Assembly: GCA_963749035.1 (NCBI GenBank)
Contig: CAVVKW010000001.1
Location: 142,128 to 206,127, forward strand
Length of the DNA stretch: 64,000 nt
Direction of reading: 5' to 3'
DNA from: an uncultured Verrucomicrobiae bacterium
Lineage (GTDB): Bacteria; Verrucomicrobiota; Verrucomicrobiia; Chthoniobacterales; JAATET01
Below, in pieces: positions 11,790 through 22,218 of the stretch. The notes beneath the pieces were generated by a model. The model was not told the DNA's origin, searched no databases, and was given only the letters and a program-made list of their open reading frames with translations. The translations under genes were made by a program, and so were the position numbers. The stretch's first letter is position 1; the number at the start of each line of letters is the position of its first letter.

Positions 11790-14700
11790 TCAATCCACCG
11801 AGTGATGAACTCGCTCTTCGATGCGAGCGTGGGCCCGCTCGAGGGCGGCCGCGAGGTCGACGTTCCGCAACGGCTTCGTCAGAAATTCGACCATTCCAGC
11901 GTTCTTCGATTGCTCGCGCTCTTCATCGGAAGCCGCGGCCGTCACGGCAACGATCTGCGGCGCGCCCGTCTTCTCTGACTCGGCAAGGATTCGCCGGGTC
12001 GCCTCGAGCCCGTCCATCACCGGCATTTGAAGGTCCATCAGGATCAAATCGTATTTGCGATTCAGCGCCGCCTCGTGGCCAGCCTTTCCGTCCGTCGCCA
12101 AATCCGACTCGTATCCCAGCTTTCGGAGGACCGCTCGCGTCAGCCGGTGGTTCACCTCGCAATCCTCGACCACCAAGATCGCCAGCGGGCAACGCTCGCC
12201 CAGCTTGTTGTCGAGCCCGCCGTTTTTCAAAGTCGCCACTCGTCGGCTCTGCACGGCCACCAGCGGGATCTCGAACGTAAATTCCGAACCCTGCCCGACC
12301 ACCGAGCGAACCCGAATTTTCCCGCCCATGATCTCGACCAACTTCCGGCTGATCGCCAGGCCCAAGCCGACCCCGCCAAACCTCCGCGAGTCACTCACGT
12401 CCACTTGATCGAAGCTCTGGAAGATCCTCTCCAAGTCACCTCCCGCCACCCCGATCCCCGTATCAACCACCGAAAACCGGATTGCCTTGCCGCGGATCAT
12501 CCCCTCCCCAGGTCCGACGAACAATCGCACGGATCCCTCTTCGGTAAACTTGATGGCGTTGCTCAAAATATTCGTCAACACCTGCCGAAGGTGTAACGAG
12601 TCCGCCCTGATCTCCTTCGGCAACGCGGGTGAAAGCTCCATGGAAACTTCGAGCTTCTTGTCCTCAGCCTCCGGGCGGTTCATGCGCAGACATTCCGCCA
12701 ACACCCCGCGAAGATTCACGTCAGCCTCGTTGTTCGTGACCGTTCCCGACTCGATTTTTGAAAAATTGAGCACGTCCGTCATCAGATCCAGCAACGCATC
12801 CCCACTCGATCGGATCGTATCGAGATACTCCTTCGCTTCAGTCGCGGTCGGATCCGACCGGACCAGATCACACATCCCCAAGATCGCGTTCAGCGGCGTC
12901 CTGATCTCGTGACTCATGTTCGCCACGAACTGAGATTTTGCGGCGTTCGCATCTTCCGCCCGGTTCTTTGCATCGATGAGTTCCTGCTCGATCCGATGCC
13001 TCTCCGTGACGTCTCGGATCGCGCCGGAGAGTTTCACCGCTCGACCGCCTTCCTTCTCGACGGCCCACCGCACTCGAACGACCCGGCTGCGTCCGGTCTC
13101 CGTCACAAAATCCAGCTTCTTATCGTAAGGCTCACCCGTCTTGAGGCTGTGCTCGATCGCCCTCTTGATTTCCTTGCGCGCGTCCATCGGGTAGAAATCG
13201 AGTGCCGTGTCGTAGGTCGGCACGAAGTCATCGTCGACTTCGTGAATTCGACGGGTCTGTTTCGACCAGACGGGCGTCATGTTCTCGAGATCGAAGTGCC
13301 ACCCACCGATGCTCGCGACTTCCGCCGTCGTTTCGAGAAACGTGGCGTGCTGACGGAGGTCGTCCTCTCGAGCGTGTCTTTCCGAAGTGTCCACTCCGAC
13401 CAACAAAAAGCGGGTCACGGTCCCCGCGTCATCGTGCAAAGGGTCGAGCGTCCGGGCCGACCAGTAGGTTTGCCCGTTCTTCGCGTAATTCAACATCTCG
13501 CCTTTGAAGGGTTCCGCCCGCTCAATGCTCGAGCGCAGATTGGCGACCATCGCGAGATCCGTATCCGGCCCGTGCAGCAAGTCCTGGATGCGCTCGCCAG
13601 CGACTTCGGCAAGAGAATAGCCAGACGCTTTTTCAAATGCCTCGTTCACCCACTCGATCCGACCTTCCCGATTCGCGATTGCGACAAAATTATCGGTCCG
13701 CGCCGCGACGGCCGCCAGCAGCTGCATCTGAGATTCCGTCTCTCTCTCCGCCGTAACGTCTCGCGCGACTCCGTAAAGCTCCCCGATCGAACCGTCGGCT
13801 TGTGGGACCGCGAATCCCTGCACTTCGACCCACGCAGGTTCCCCCCCCTCGTCGCGCCGCCGCAGACTCAGGCGAAAGGCTCGGCCATGGGTTTTTGCCG
13901 CTCGCAGAACGGCCTGAAGTTTGTCGAAGTCCCTCTCGTCGAACAGCTCCCTCTGGTCTTCGAAATTGAGTGAACCCCCGTGCCCACTCCGGCCCAACAC
14001 CCGGAACAGACCCTCCGACCAGAAAGTCCGGTTCGTAGCGGCGTCCCATTGCCAGCTTCCGCTCGTCGATGCCAGTTCCACCTTGTCACGCAGTGCCCGC
14101 TGCGATTTCAGCTCACGATCCACGCGAGCCTGCTCGGTGGTGTCGATCACGGCGACCAAAACGCGACCGTAATCCCCATTCGACTCCGGAAACCGGGCCT
14201 GGACCATCGCGATCACCGGGTTGCCCTTCAGCGTCCGCAACGGCATCTCCGCCAGGAAAGTCCGCTGGCCCTTGATCAACGCCAGCAGCTTCTGCTCAAA
14301 TTCGGGTGACACCACCGCATCCGCCCGCGACCGCTCGAGCTCGTCTCTGGAGATCTCTTCCCCGTCCGTCTCAAAAACCTTCTGCGCTTCCTGATTGAAC
14401 TTGCTCACGCGGACCATCGCCGCCAATCGAGACACTTCCTTCGGATGCTCTTTGAAGTAATCTTCGAAGTCCTCGATTCCCTCTGACCTTAAACGCGAAA
14501 CCTCGGCAGTCACGTCCCTCCAATCTTCCTCCCAGAGCGACACTGGCGCGGAAGCAAACAGCTCGTGCCATCGAGCCTCACTTGCCCGCAATCTCCGCGC
14601 CTCGGCGACTCGCTCGGAGGACCGTTTCCAGATCCCGATTGCGGCCAGCGTCCCGGCTAACGACAGGAAGAGGAAAAGTCCACCCGCCAGCAGCTGAATT

Positions 14701-15635
14701 GGGAACAGCAGAGCCGCGACCCTCTCCTTCGGCACGTGCGAGAGAACGAAGTGTTCCCCTTGCAGATCGACCAGTGCGCTCCCACTCCGCTCCCATCCGG
14801 TCGCGTTGGCCGTCGAGAGTCGGCGCCAGACGTAAAGATCACCGTTGGTGTCCGCCCGCCCCCTCGGGACACTTTGCATCGCCGACCACAATCCCGGTCG
14901 GGTCTGAGGCATCGACATTGCGGCTCGCTCGGGAATGTGGTGGCCCCACTCGATTTGACGGTCGACCGCCCGCTCCCAGAAACCCGAAGCGCTCAAAAGC
15001 TCCAACCCGACTCCGTCACGAGGAAACAACCTTTCTAAATTTAGGAACAAGCGGTCCAGGTTCAGGTTGATCACGACGACTCCAAACGGATCTCCGTTAG
15101 CCTTGAACACCCTTGCTGCCAGCCGCACCACCGGGCGAAACGGTCGCTCGATCTCGCCACGTTCGACGTTGAGATCGAAGGCGGAGACAAGCACCGAGCC
15201 AGCGGCCAAATTCCTACCCGCCTGGAAGTAAGCCGTCCCGCCCTTGTTCTGTAAATCATCAGGCCTGACGATTTCGCCGCCGTCGTTAACCCGCAAAAGT
15301 TCCCAGCCATCATCCGATATCAACCGGACCTGATCGATCTCCCGATCAAGCTGAGCGAGAACGGCCGCCTCTTCCAGGAAAGCCTTCTCTCCTCCCGGAA
15401 CACCGTTCGCAAAGGCTGCCGTCGCCTCGGCACGCGCAAGCGCCCGCACCACGGACGCGCCATTTCTCAGTTTCGACTGAATAAAGACCTGAGCGACCCG
15501 CGTTCTCTCGTTCGCCGTTGTGACCGCCAGGTCCTTGATTCGCGTGACCTCGCGCAGATAGAGAATGCCAACCCCGAGAGCACTAAGCCCGAGAATCGCC
15601 AGGATGACCACTATCAATACAACTCGGCGATACAT
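11790..15635 (-). CDS. Hybrid sensor histidine kinase / response regulator with periplasmic sensor, multiple PAS domains, HisKA, HATPase and receiver
   Basis: H-box MSHEIRTPLNAILGM; ATPase G-boxes (DTGIGV, GGVGLGLAISR); receiver DLILMDLQMPVMDG. Start placed at MYRRVVLIVV (cat 15633-15635). The ORF extends to 15716 through AT-rich, promoter-like sequence. Confidence 0.9.
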   Translation of the reverse strand: MYRRVVLIVVILAILGLSALGVGILYLREVTRIKDLAVTTANERTRVAQVFIQSKLRNGASVVRALARAEATAAFANGVPGGEKAFLEEAAVLAQLDREIDQVRLISDDGWELLRVNDGGEIVRPDDLQNKGGTAYFQAGRNLAAGSVLVSAFDLNVERGEIERPFRPVVRLAARVFKANGDPFGVVVINLNLDRLFLNLERLFPRDGVGLELLSASGFWERAVDRQIEWGHHIPERAAMSMPQTRPGLWSAMQSVPRGRADTNGDLYVWRRLSTANATGWERSGSALVDLQGEHFVLSHVPKERVAALLFPIQLLAGGLFLFLSLAGTLAAIGIWKRSSERVAEARRLRASEARWHELFASAPVSLWEEDWRDVTAEVSRLRSEGIEDFEDYFKEHPKEVSRLAAMVRVSKFNQEAQKVFETDGEEISRDELERSRADAVVSPEFEQKLLALIKGQRTFLAEMPLRTLKGNPVIAMVQARFPESNGDYGRVLVAVIDTTEQARVDRELKSQRALRDKVELASTSGSWQWDAATNRTFWSEGLFRVLGRSGHGGSLNFEDQRELFDERDFDKLQAVLRAAKTHGRAFRLSLRRRDEGGEPAWVEVQGFAVPQADGSIGELYGVARDVTAERETESQMQLLAAVAARTDNFVAIANREGRIEWVNEAFEKASGYSLAEVAGERIQDLLHGPDTDLAMVANLRSSIERAEPFKGEMLNYAKNGQTYWSARTLDPLHDDAGTVTRFLLVGVDTSERHAREDDLRQHATFLETTAEVASIGGWHFDLENMTPVWSKQTRRIHEVDDDFVPTYDTALDFYPMDARKEIKRAIEHSLKTGEPYDKKLDFVTETGRSRVVRVRWAVEKEGGRAVKLSGAIRDVTERHRIEQELIDAKNRAEDANAAKSQFVANMSHEIRTPLNAILGMCDLVRSDPTATEAKEYLDTIRSSGDALLDLMTDVLNFSKIESGTVTNNEADVNLRGVLAECLRMNRPEAEDKKLEVSMELSPALPKEIRADSLHLRQVLTNILSNAIKFTEEGSVRLFVGPGEGMIRGKAIRFSVVDTGIGVAGGDLERIFQSFDQVDVSDSRRFGGVGLGLAISRKLVEIMGGKIRVRSVVGQGSEFTFEIPLVAVQSRRVATLKNGGLDNKLGERCPLAILVVEDCEVNHRLTRAVLRKLGYESDLATDGKAGHEAALNRKYDLILMDLQMPVMDGLEATRRILAESEKTGAPQIVAVTAAASDEEREQSKNAGMVEFLTKPLRNVDLAAALERAHARIEERVHHSVD

Positions 15636-15772
15636 GAGTTGATTATACTGATACCCGCCCGCGTCGCAACGACTATCGCGCCGCTCTTGGATGCCCCTAT
15701 CGCGAACTTTTTTCACTATTTTTTCACAACGCGTTCACTCGATGCGCACATCAGTCAGCGACGCTTGGGATC

Positions 15773-18609
15773 ATGATCGCCACTGACCCGACCCCGCTCC
15801 CACCAGTCCCGACGCTCACCGACGAGCCCCCGCCGCACCGCCCCCGCCGTCCATTCCTCTTTCCCACCTCGGTCACTCACCCGTTCACTCTTGTCGGCGT
15901 TGCTCTCCTCCCGCAGATCATCCTGACGATTCTTAATCTTCAGACTTGGCATCTGATCTCGGGCGAAGTCAGCGCGTTGCAGCGAACGACCGCGCTCGCG
16001 CTCTTCTTCGGAGAGTGCCTCCTCTTGATCGGCTCAATCTCGCTCGTCACTTTCCTCGCACTCCGGCAGCGCCCGGTCACTCGTGCTTTCGGGCTTCCCT
16101 TGATGTTCGTCCCGGCACTCTACCTCGCCGCAGCCACGTGCTTCGGACCGGGCGCCATCCCAGCGTCGCTGACCACCTGGATCGTTCCGCCGGATCAATG
16201 GCTCGGCCGCCAATTTGTCTTCGTCGCACCGACCGTCCTCTACGGCGCGCTGCGTTTCGCCTGTCCATCCCGCGAAACTCCGGAAGCAAGCCTCACCTTT
16301 GGAGTGCTCGGTGTTCTGCTGCTGACTGGCGTGATGATCGGGCTCGGAGTTTTTGGCAGCGTCATGGCTTCGTTCGTCTCGACCGTTGCGCCCGCCTTCC
16401 CGGGACTTGCGACTTCTGTCGTCGTCGTTCCCATCGCTCTCGCGGGAGCCATCTGCTTCGGTATGATGCTGGTCGCGCTAATCCTGCGCATTGGCCTTTC
16501 GATGGACTCCGCCTCCCGGCGATCGAATCCTCGAGCGCTAGCCGCTTTCACCGCCGTCATCGCGATCCTCGGTCCCATCGGCGGATTGATTCTCAACGCG
16601 CAGATCCCCTTTCCCGCCGACTTCCAATCGCCCGCCATTTACGCTGCCGCGTTGCTTAATGGCATCCTGCTGACCCTTCCAAATTTCGCCCACCCCCTGC
16701 TTCATCGCGCCATCTGGCTTGGCCAATGCGCTCTGTTCCCGTTCACCGCCTACTTCTTCGTCGTTTTTCTCCCTTGGCTTCCGTTGACACCGGTCGCGAT
16801 CTGCTTCCTCGGCTTCGGCCTCCTGATGGTCGTGCCACCGCTCCTCTTCATCATCCACGGCGCCCGCATTCTCGACGGTTTCGCCGCCGAGGTGCGCGGC
16901 GGCAACGGCGTTGGTCCGGCCATTCTCGCTCTCACCGCGATCCTCGCGTGGCCCTTCGTTTTCACGCTCTCCGCACGGGCCGATCGAGCCGCCCTGCACG
17001 AGGCTCTCGACTACCTCACCTACCCGGACTACGCCGAAGCCGCACCGTTCGAGGGCGATCTGACTGCTCTGGAACGGAGCCTACGAAACCTCCGAAAATT
17101 CAAGACCGGCATCTACCTCCCGCTTCTGTCCGAATATCAGAACTGGCTGACGTTCGATAACCTCGTGCTTCCCGATGACCAGCTCGACGCTCTGGAAACC
17201 ACGTTCTTTGGCGAGGTCACTCCCGTCGAATCACTGGAAAATCCCAACCACGGATTTGGCTTCGCCACCCGAGACAATCGCCGCCTGGCTTCCCGCGTTC
17301 TCGACTCGCCCAACGGCGAACGGCCTTCGACCCACGCCGTCACGCAATCCATCACGACGCAACCAATCCCCGGCGGCATCCGGGCCACGATGAAATTCCA
17401 TAATCCCACGACTGAAATCACCGAATACCAAACCGCATCCACCTTCCAACCAACGCCGCGATCACCGACTTCCACCTCACGATCGGGACAGACCGCGTTC
17501 CCGGCAATCTCTTCGAAGAGCGGGCCGCGGAGTGGGTTTACCGTAAGATCACCGAAGCCCGGCCCGTTCCCCGCGACCCCGCCATCCTGAAATACCTTTC
17601 GCCCGGTCACGTCGATCTCCGGGTCTATCCCGTCGCGCCGGGTGAAACCCGCACCGCCGAAATCGATTTCGCCATCCCGGAAAGCTCGGCTCATCTCGTC
17701 ACCATCGACCACCAGCCGATCGTCACTCGGCGCGCTCCCCCGGTCCCGCCGCGCCCAGCCGCCTCGACCCCCTCGACCCCCTCGACCCCCGTGACGCCTC
17801 ATTTCATCGCCGACCTTTCGGTCGACTCCACTCTCGCCGACCCCGCCACCCTCCTCGCTCTCCTTCGGACGTCCGCCGCCCAGCTCGACCTCCCGGATCC
17901 CGTCCGCATCTCGTTCGTGAACTACGAACTCCGAGACTTCCGCGACGGTCGCCCGGTCAATCTCGAGACCCTCACTCCCGGCGAACTCGCCTCCGAGCTT
18001 CCTCCCGCTCGCGGCGGTTTCCTCGAATCTCGCGCCATCAAGACCCTGATCCGCCGCGCGTTCGATCGACCCGGCACCCTTCCCACGCTGATCGTTCTCC
18101 GTGACAGGAACACAGCTGCCCCCGCCCCCGACGAAGAAATCTCCTGGTTCGCTGCGCTTGTCCCCGGCTTGGACGAATACACCCTGGTCACCACCGCACA
18201 AAACGAACCGCGCGTCATCCCACTCACCACCCATCCGACCCAACGTCTCTCGTATCGACCATCACCCGTCCGCTCCGGGAATCCCACACCCGCGGATGCG
18301 ATGAATCTCGCTCTCGAAAGGATCTTCTCCCCCACGCCAGAAAACAAAAACCGTCTCACCGAATTGCTGACCCTCGCTCGTGAGACGGGAACGCTCGTTC
18401 CCTCGACCGCCTACATCGTCGTTGAAAACAGCGCGCAGTGGAAAATGCTCGAACTCACCGAAAAGAAAACGACCTCCGGCCACGAGGCGCTCACCCTCAG
18501 CGGAGAGCCCGCCGCCACCCCGGAACCCGCGACCATCGCCCTGCTAATTCTTGCAGGCGCGGCCCTTTTCTTCCACCACCGCCGGAAACATCGGCCGCTG
18601 CCCGCGTGA
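15773..18609 (+). pseudogene. Frameshifted gene: polytopic membrane domain + VIT-like domain + C-terminal PEP-CTERM sorting signal
   Basis: ORF 15773..17590 (frame 2) and ORF 17791..18609 (frame 1) belong together. Frame 1 is open from 17416. It reads NRIHLPTNAAITDFHLTIGTDRVPGNLFEERAAEWVYRKI... (VIT-like), continuing ...ATMKFHNPTTEITEYQ from frame 2. C-terminus: TPEPATIALLILAGAALFFHHRRK (PEP, TM helix, basic cluster). Confidence 0.75.
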
Positions 18610-18610
18610 C

Positions 18611-19735
18611 CTATTTCTTCGCCACTGCCACCGCCTCGGACTCGGACGCGCCGGCGGAGTTCGCCAGACCGGCTTCCTCGGGCGGTAGGAAATTTTTGAA
18701 CCGCCCCTTGTCGATCGCCTTCATGTAGGCCTCGAGGGGCGAAACGGTTCCGGTGCGCAGATGCTCCCAGATCGCGTCGTCCATAAACTGCATTCCGTCC
18801 CCCCGTCCACCCACGATCACGTCCTGCAGCTTCTGCGTTGCGCCTTCACGGATGATCGCCGCCGCCGCCGAATTCACCACCAGGATTTCGTTCACCGCTA
18901 CCCGCCCGCTCCCGTCGTGCTTCTTCATCAGCAACTGCGCGATCACCCCTCGCAGCGAAGCTGCCAACATCGTCCGGACCTGCGCCTGCTGATCGGCCGG
19001 AAAGACGTCGATCATCCGATCCACCGTCTTCTGGGCGTTGTTCGTGTGAAGCGTTCCGAAGACCAACATGCCCGTCTCCGCCGCGGTCAGTGCCAGCGAG
19101 ATCGTCTCGAGATCACGCATCTCGCCGACGAGCACGATGTCCGCGTCCTCGCGCAACGCCGCCTTCAGCCCCGTCGGAAACGATTTCGCGTTCTCCGGCA
19201 CTTCGCGCTGCGTGATGATCGACTTCTTGTTCCGATGCACAAATTCGATCGGCTCCTCGATCGTCACCACGTGCCGCGACGACGTGCTGTTGATGTGATC
19301 GATCAGCGCCGCCAGCGTCGTGGATTTTCCCGAACCTGTCGGACCCGTCACCAAAACCAGACCACCCCGCAGATCCGCGAAGTTCTTGATCACGCTCGGC
19401 ACGTTCAACTCGTCGAGAGTGGCGATCTTGGTCGGAATCAACCGGAATACCGCCCCGTAACCATTGCTCTGCTTCAAATAGTTGCAACGGAACCGCGAGT
19501 CCTCGTTCATCTCGTAGGCAAAATCGAGGTCTCCGCTCTTCTCGAAATCCTCCCACCGCTGCGGCGAACAAATTTCGCTCAACATGTAGGTCGCCTCGTC
19601 GCGAGTCAGCACCTCGTCGCGGATCGGGAGAATTTCACCGTGCCGCCGCACCTTTGGCGGCTCGCCCTCGGCGAGGTGAAGATCGGACGCGCCAGATTCG
19701 ACGAGGACGTTGAAGAATTGATCGATGTAAGCCAT
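18611..19735 (-). CDS. pilT: Type IV pilus retraction ATPase PilT family
   Basis: MAYIDQFFNVLVESGASDLHL..., Walker A GPTGSGKSTT, Asp/His boxes. Start at the internal ATG (cat 19733-19735). Confidence 0.9.
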   Translation of the reverse strand: MAYIDQFFNVLVESGASDLHLAEGEPPKVRRHGEILPIRDEVLTRDEATYMLSEICSPQRWEDFEKSGDLDFAYEMNEDSRFRCNYLKQSNGYGAVFRLIPTKIATLDELNVPSVIKNFADLRGGLVLVTGPTGSGKSTTLAALIDHINSTSSRHVVTIEEPIEFVHRNKKSIITQREVPENAKSFPTGLKAALREDADIVLVGEMRDLETISLALTAAETGMLVFGTLHTNNAQKTVDRMIDVFPADQQAQVRTMLAASLRGVIAQLLMKKHDGSGRVAVNEILVVNSAAAAIIREGATQKLQDVIVGGRGDGMQFMDDAIWEHLRTGTVSPLEAYMKAIDKGRFKNFLPPEEAGLANSAGASESEAVAVAKK

Positions 19736-19775
19736 TTCGTGGGAGGGTTTGAGTTTGGAATGGTCGCGGCGGCCT

Positions 19776-20900
19776 TCAGCCAAGCCCCGTGAGTCGGCGC
19801 ATGTCCTTTTTTTGTTCCGAGCGCGAGACCGCTTCCTCGGCCGTGATCAATCCCTGCTCGAATAATTCGAAGAGCGAGTCGTCCATCAGCTTCATTCCCA
19901 GCCGTTTTCCGGTCTGGATGATGCCCGGCAACATGAACGTCTTGGCCTCGCGAATCGTGTTCGCGACGGCAGGAGAGTTCATCAAAACCTCCAGTGCCAA
20001 GCAACGCCCCGTCCCGTCCGCTCGGGGGACCAACTGCTGCGAGATCACACCGCGAAGCGATTCCGACACCATGATCCGAATCTGATCGCGTTGATCCACG
20101 GGAAACACGTCGAGCAAGCGATCCAACGTTCGAGCGGCGTTCGCCGTGTGGAGCGTCCCGAGCACCAAGTGGCCCGTCTCCGACGCGGTGATCGCGAGCT
20201 GGATCGTTTCCAGATCTCGCATTTCACCAACCATGATGACGTCGGGATCCTCACGCAAAGCTCCCCGCAGAGCGGCGGCGAAAGACTTCGTGTGCGTGTG
20301 CACCTCGCGCTGCGTCACGTGACAGCCACGCGAAGGGATCGTGTATTCGATCGGGTCCTCCAGCGTGATGATGTGGTCCTTGCGCGATCGGTTGATCTCG
20401 TCCACCAACGCCGCCAGCGTCGTCGACTTCCCCGAACCCACCGCACCCGTCACCAGCACGAGGCCGTTATGGTATTGCGTGAGAAGCTTCAGTGCCGGAG
20501 GTAACTTCAGCTCGTCCATCGTCCGGATCTCACTGCTGATGATTCGGAAAGTCAGATCGAGCCCAAGGCGCTGCCGGACCACACTCGTTCGGAAACGTCC
20601 CATCTCATTCGCGTAGGCAAAATCCACGTCACCGATGTCAGCCAGATGGTGCTTCTGCGCGGCACTGAGAAATCCCATGGCCAGCTTCTCGGTCTCCGCG
20701 GCACTCAACGGCGGAGCGTCGTCCCAGATCGGCGTCAATCTTCCGAAGCGACGCCAGGTCGGCGGCGCGTTGACGGCAAGGTGGATGTCGGAGGCTTCGT
20801 ATTCTTTACCGATGTTCAAAAACTCATCGACGTGCTGGAACTTCTGTTCCGGTTCGTGCAAGTCTTTCGTCGGGTCTGCGGTCTGGGAGGGTTCGCTCAC
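19776..20900 (-). CDS. Second PilT/PilU-family ATPase
   Basis: ASDIHLAVNAPPTWRRFGRL..., Walker A GAVGSGKSTT. Tandem paralogue of the downstream pilT. Confidence 0.88.
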   Translation of the reverse strand: MSEPSQTADPTKDLHEPEQKFQHVDEFLNIGKEYEASDIHLAVNAPPTWRRFGRLTPIWDDAPPLSAAETEKLAMGFLSAAQKHHLADIGDVDFAYANEMGRFRTSVVRQRLGLDLTFRIISSEIRTMDELKLPPALKLLTQYHNGLVLVTGAVGSGKSTTLAALVDEINRSRKDHIITLEDPIEYTIPSRGCHVTQREVHTHTKSFAAALRGALREDPDVIMVGEMRDLETIQLAITASETGHLVLGTLHTANAARTLDRLLDVFPVDQRDQIRIMVSESLRGVISQQLVPRADGTGRCLALEVLMNSPAVANTIREAKTFMLPGIIQTGKRLGMKLMDDSLFELFEQGLITAEEAVSRSEQKKDMRRLTGLG

Positions 20901-20972
20901 GGTGAGGAATTAAAAATGGTGATGCTGATACGAACAATCGAATTCGGAGTCCTCACGGGCCAGACTTTCAAG

Positions 20973-21407
20973 ATGTCCGCCCGGCCCTCGGCTATCGTTT
21001 TCGCTTGTCTGTTGTTAGTAACAATCGGTTGCGACGGCGATCAAAACGCACTTCGCCGCGAGATCCTCGCCGCCCAGCGCCAGCACGTCGAAGCTCTGCC
21101 GGCCGGCGACATCGATGCCGCCCTCACCACAATCCATCCCGAAAGCGCGAGCCTCGACGAAGCTCGCCTCACGGTCGACCGCCTCGCCCAGATCGGCGTC
21201 GAATTCACGCTCGAGAACTCCGACGTCGTGAGCGTGGGTGACGGAACCGCCGTCGCCAGGTTCGTGATCCTCGCTCGAGGCCCGGACTCCTTCCGCGACC
21301 ATCGCCTCACCGGTCAGCACGAACTGCGCCTCGACGACCGGGACTGGAAAGTCTTCGCGACCCAGATCGAGAGACTGGAATATCTCGACGATTCACGATC
21401 AGAATAA
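20973..21407 (+). CDS. Putative lipoprotein, SnoaL/NTF2-like
   Basis: Lipobox MSARPSAIVFACLLLVTIGC. The rest of ORF 20646..21407 overlaps pilT antisense, so the start was moved to ATG 20973. Confidence 0.6.
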   Translation: MSARPSAIVFACLLLVTIGCDGDQNALRREILAAQRQHVEALPAGDIDAALTTIHPESASLDEARLTVDRLAQIGVEFTLENSDVVSVGDGTAVARFVILARGPDSFRDHRLTGQHELRLDDRDWKVFATQIERLEYLDDSRSE

Positions 21408-21433
21408 TCGCCGCGCCCAACCCGAATTCCTCT

Positions 21434-21452
21434 CGTTTAATTAAATTAAACG
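21434..21452. promoter_or_regulatory. Perfect 19-bp AT-rich palindrome cgtttaatt-a-aattaaacg (candidate operator)
   Basis: Read directly from the sequence. Lies 50 bp upstream of the small membrane-protein ORF, in an otherwise GC-rich context. Confidence 0.4.
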
Positions 21453-21502
21453 CGGGACACCACCGGGCCACGATCTACCCGCAACCAACCAATACCTACA
21501 TT

Positions 21503-21649
21503 ATGCTCTGGACCATCCTCATCATCCTCATCGTCCTCTGGGCGCTCGGCCTCGGATTCGGCATCGCCGGAAACTTGATTCACCTCATCCTTTTGATCGC
21601 GCTGATCGTCTTAATCGTGCAGCTCGTCACTGGCCGCAAGGCACCGTAG
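21503..21649 (+). CDS. Small hydrophobic protein (48 aa), lmo0937-like family
   Basis: Absent from the ORF track (<60 aa). Encodes MLWTILIILIVLWALGLGFGIAGNLIHLILLIALIVLIVQLVTGRKAP and is followed by a terminator hairpin. Confidence 0.6.
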   Translation: MLWTILIILIVLWALGLGFGIAGNLIHLILLIALIVLIVQLVTGRKAP

Positions 21650-21673
21650 AGACCACCTCAATTCAATCGACCG

Positions 21674-21705
21674 AAAAAGGGCGCTTCGCTGAAGTGCCCT
21701 TTTTC
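21674..21705. terminator. Bidirectional terminator-like hairpin
   Basis: gaaaaagggcgcttc-gct-gaagtgcccttttt: an 11-bp stem (one G-U) flanked by an A-run and a T-run, between convergent genes. Confidence 0.65.
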
Positions 21706-21846
21706 TTGCCTTGAGCCGCGCTTCAAATGGAGCGTGGAAGCGTGCGCCTGCCAGCTGCGTCACCGGCCCACCGAGGGCCGCAGTTATCCGACGGATCTAC
21801 CCCGCCAACCGCCTGAGTCTTGATGTGGCAGCCCGAGCGAGTTCGC

Positions 21847-22218
21847 CTATTTCTTCAGATTCACCGCGAGATCCGCAAATTTCTTCGCCGCCAACGCCGT
21901 GAAAGCCGGCCGGAGAACCGGGATCGCCAAGCGGACCGCCGACAAGAGGATCGTCACGATACCCAGCTTTTTCGTCTTCTGACTCACGACGGCCCCGTGA
22001 TCGTCGATCCGCTGCTGCAGCACGGCCTTCTTCTTCCGCGTTCGGCCCGAAAGCAACCATCCGATCGTCGCCGCACCACCCAACCAAGGCAGGGGATGGC
22101 GGCGAAACGCCTTCTTCGTCCGAGCCGGCACGTTGGCGGCGGCTCGGACCTGATGATAATCGCGCGCCACGGCCAAGCGGCTCGCCTCGAGTTCCTGAAG
22201 TGCTTCCTGTCGGGTCAT
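21847..22218 (-). CDS. YqjK-like small membrane protein (third gene of the yqjD/E/K-like operon)
   Basis: Start at MTRQEALQELEASRLAVARDY (cat 22216-22218), a 4-nt ATGA overlap with the upstream gene. Confidence 0.55.
   Translation of the reverse strand: MTRQEALQELEASRLAVARDYHQVRAAANVPARTKKAFRRHPLPWLGGAATIGWLLSGRTRKKKAVLQQRIDDHGAVVSQKTKKLGIVTILLSAVRLAIPVLRPAFTALAAKKFADLAVNLKK

Noticed and set aside
17423-17440. Programmed -1 ribosomal frameshifting as the explanation for the split membrane/VIT-like/PEP-CTERM gene.
   Set aside because: The junction (tac caa acc) is not a canonical X XXY YYZ slippery heptamer, and no obvious downstream stimulatory structure was seen. An indel in the A4 run, whether a mutation or a sequencing error, is more parsimonious.
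18611-20900. The two tandem pilT-family ATPases, considered as part of a type IV pilus or novel secretion cluster.
   Set aside because: No pilin, pilB, pilC or secretin genes are adjacent. Tandem pilT/pilU paralogues away from other pil genes are common, so this is recorded as features only.
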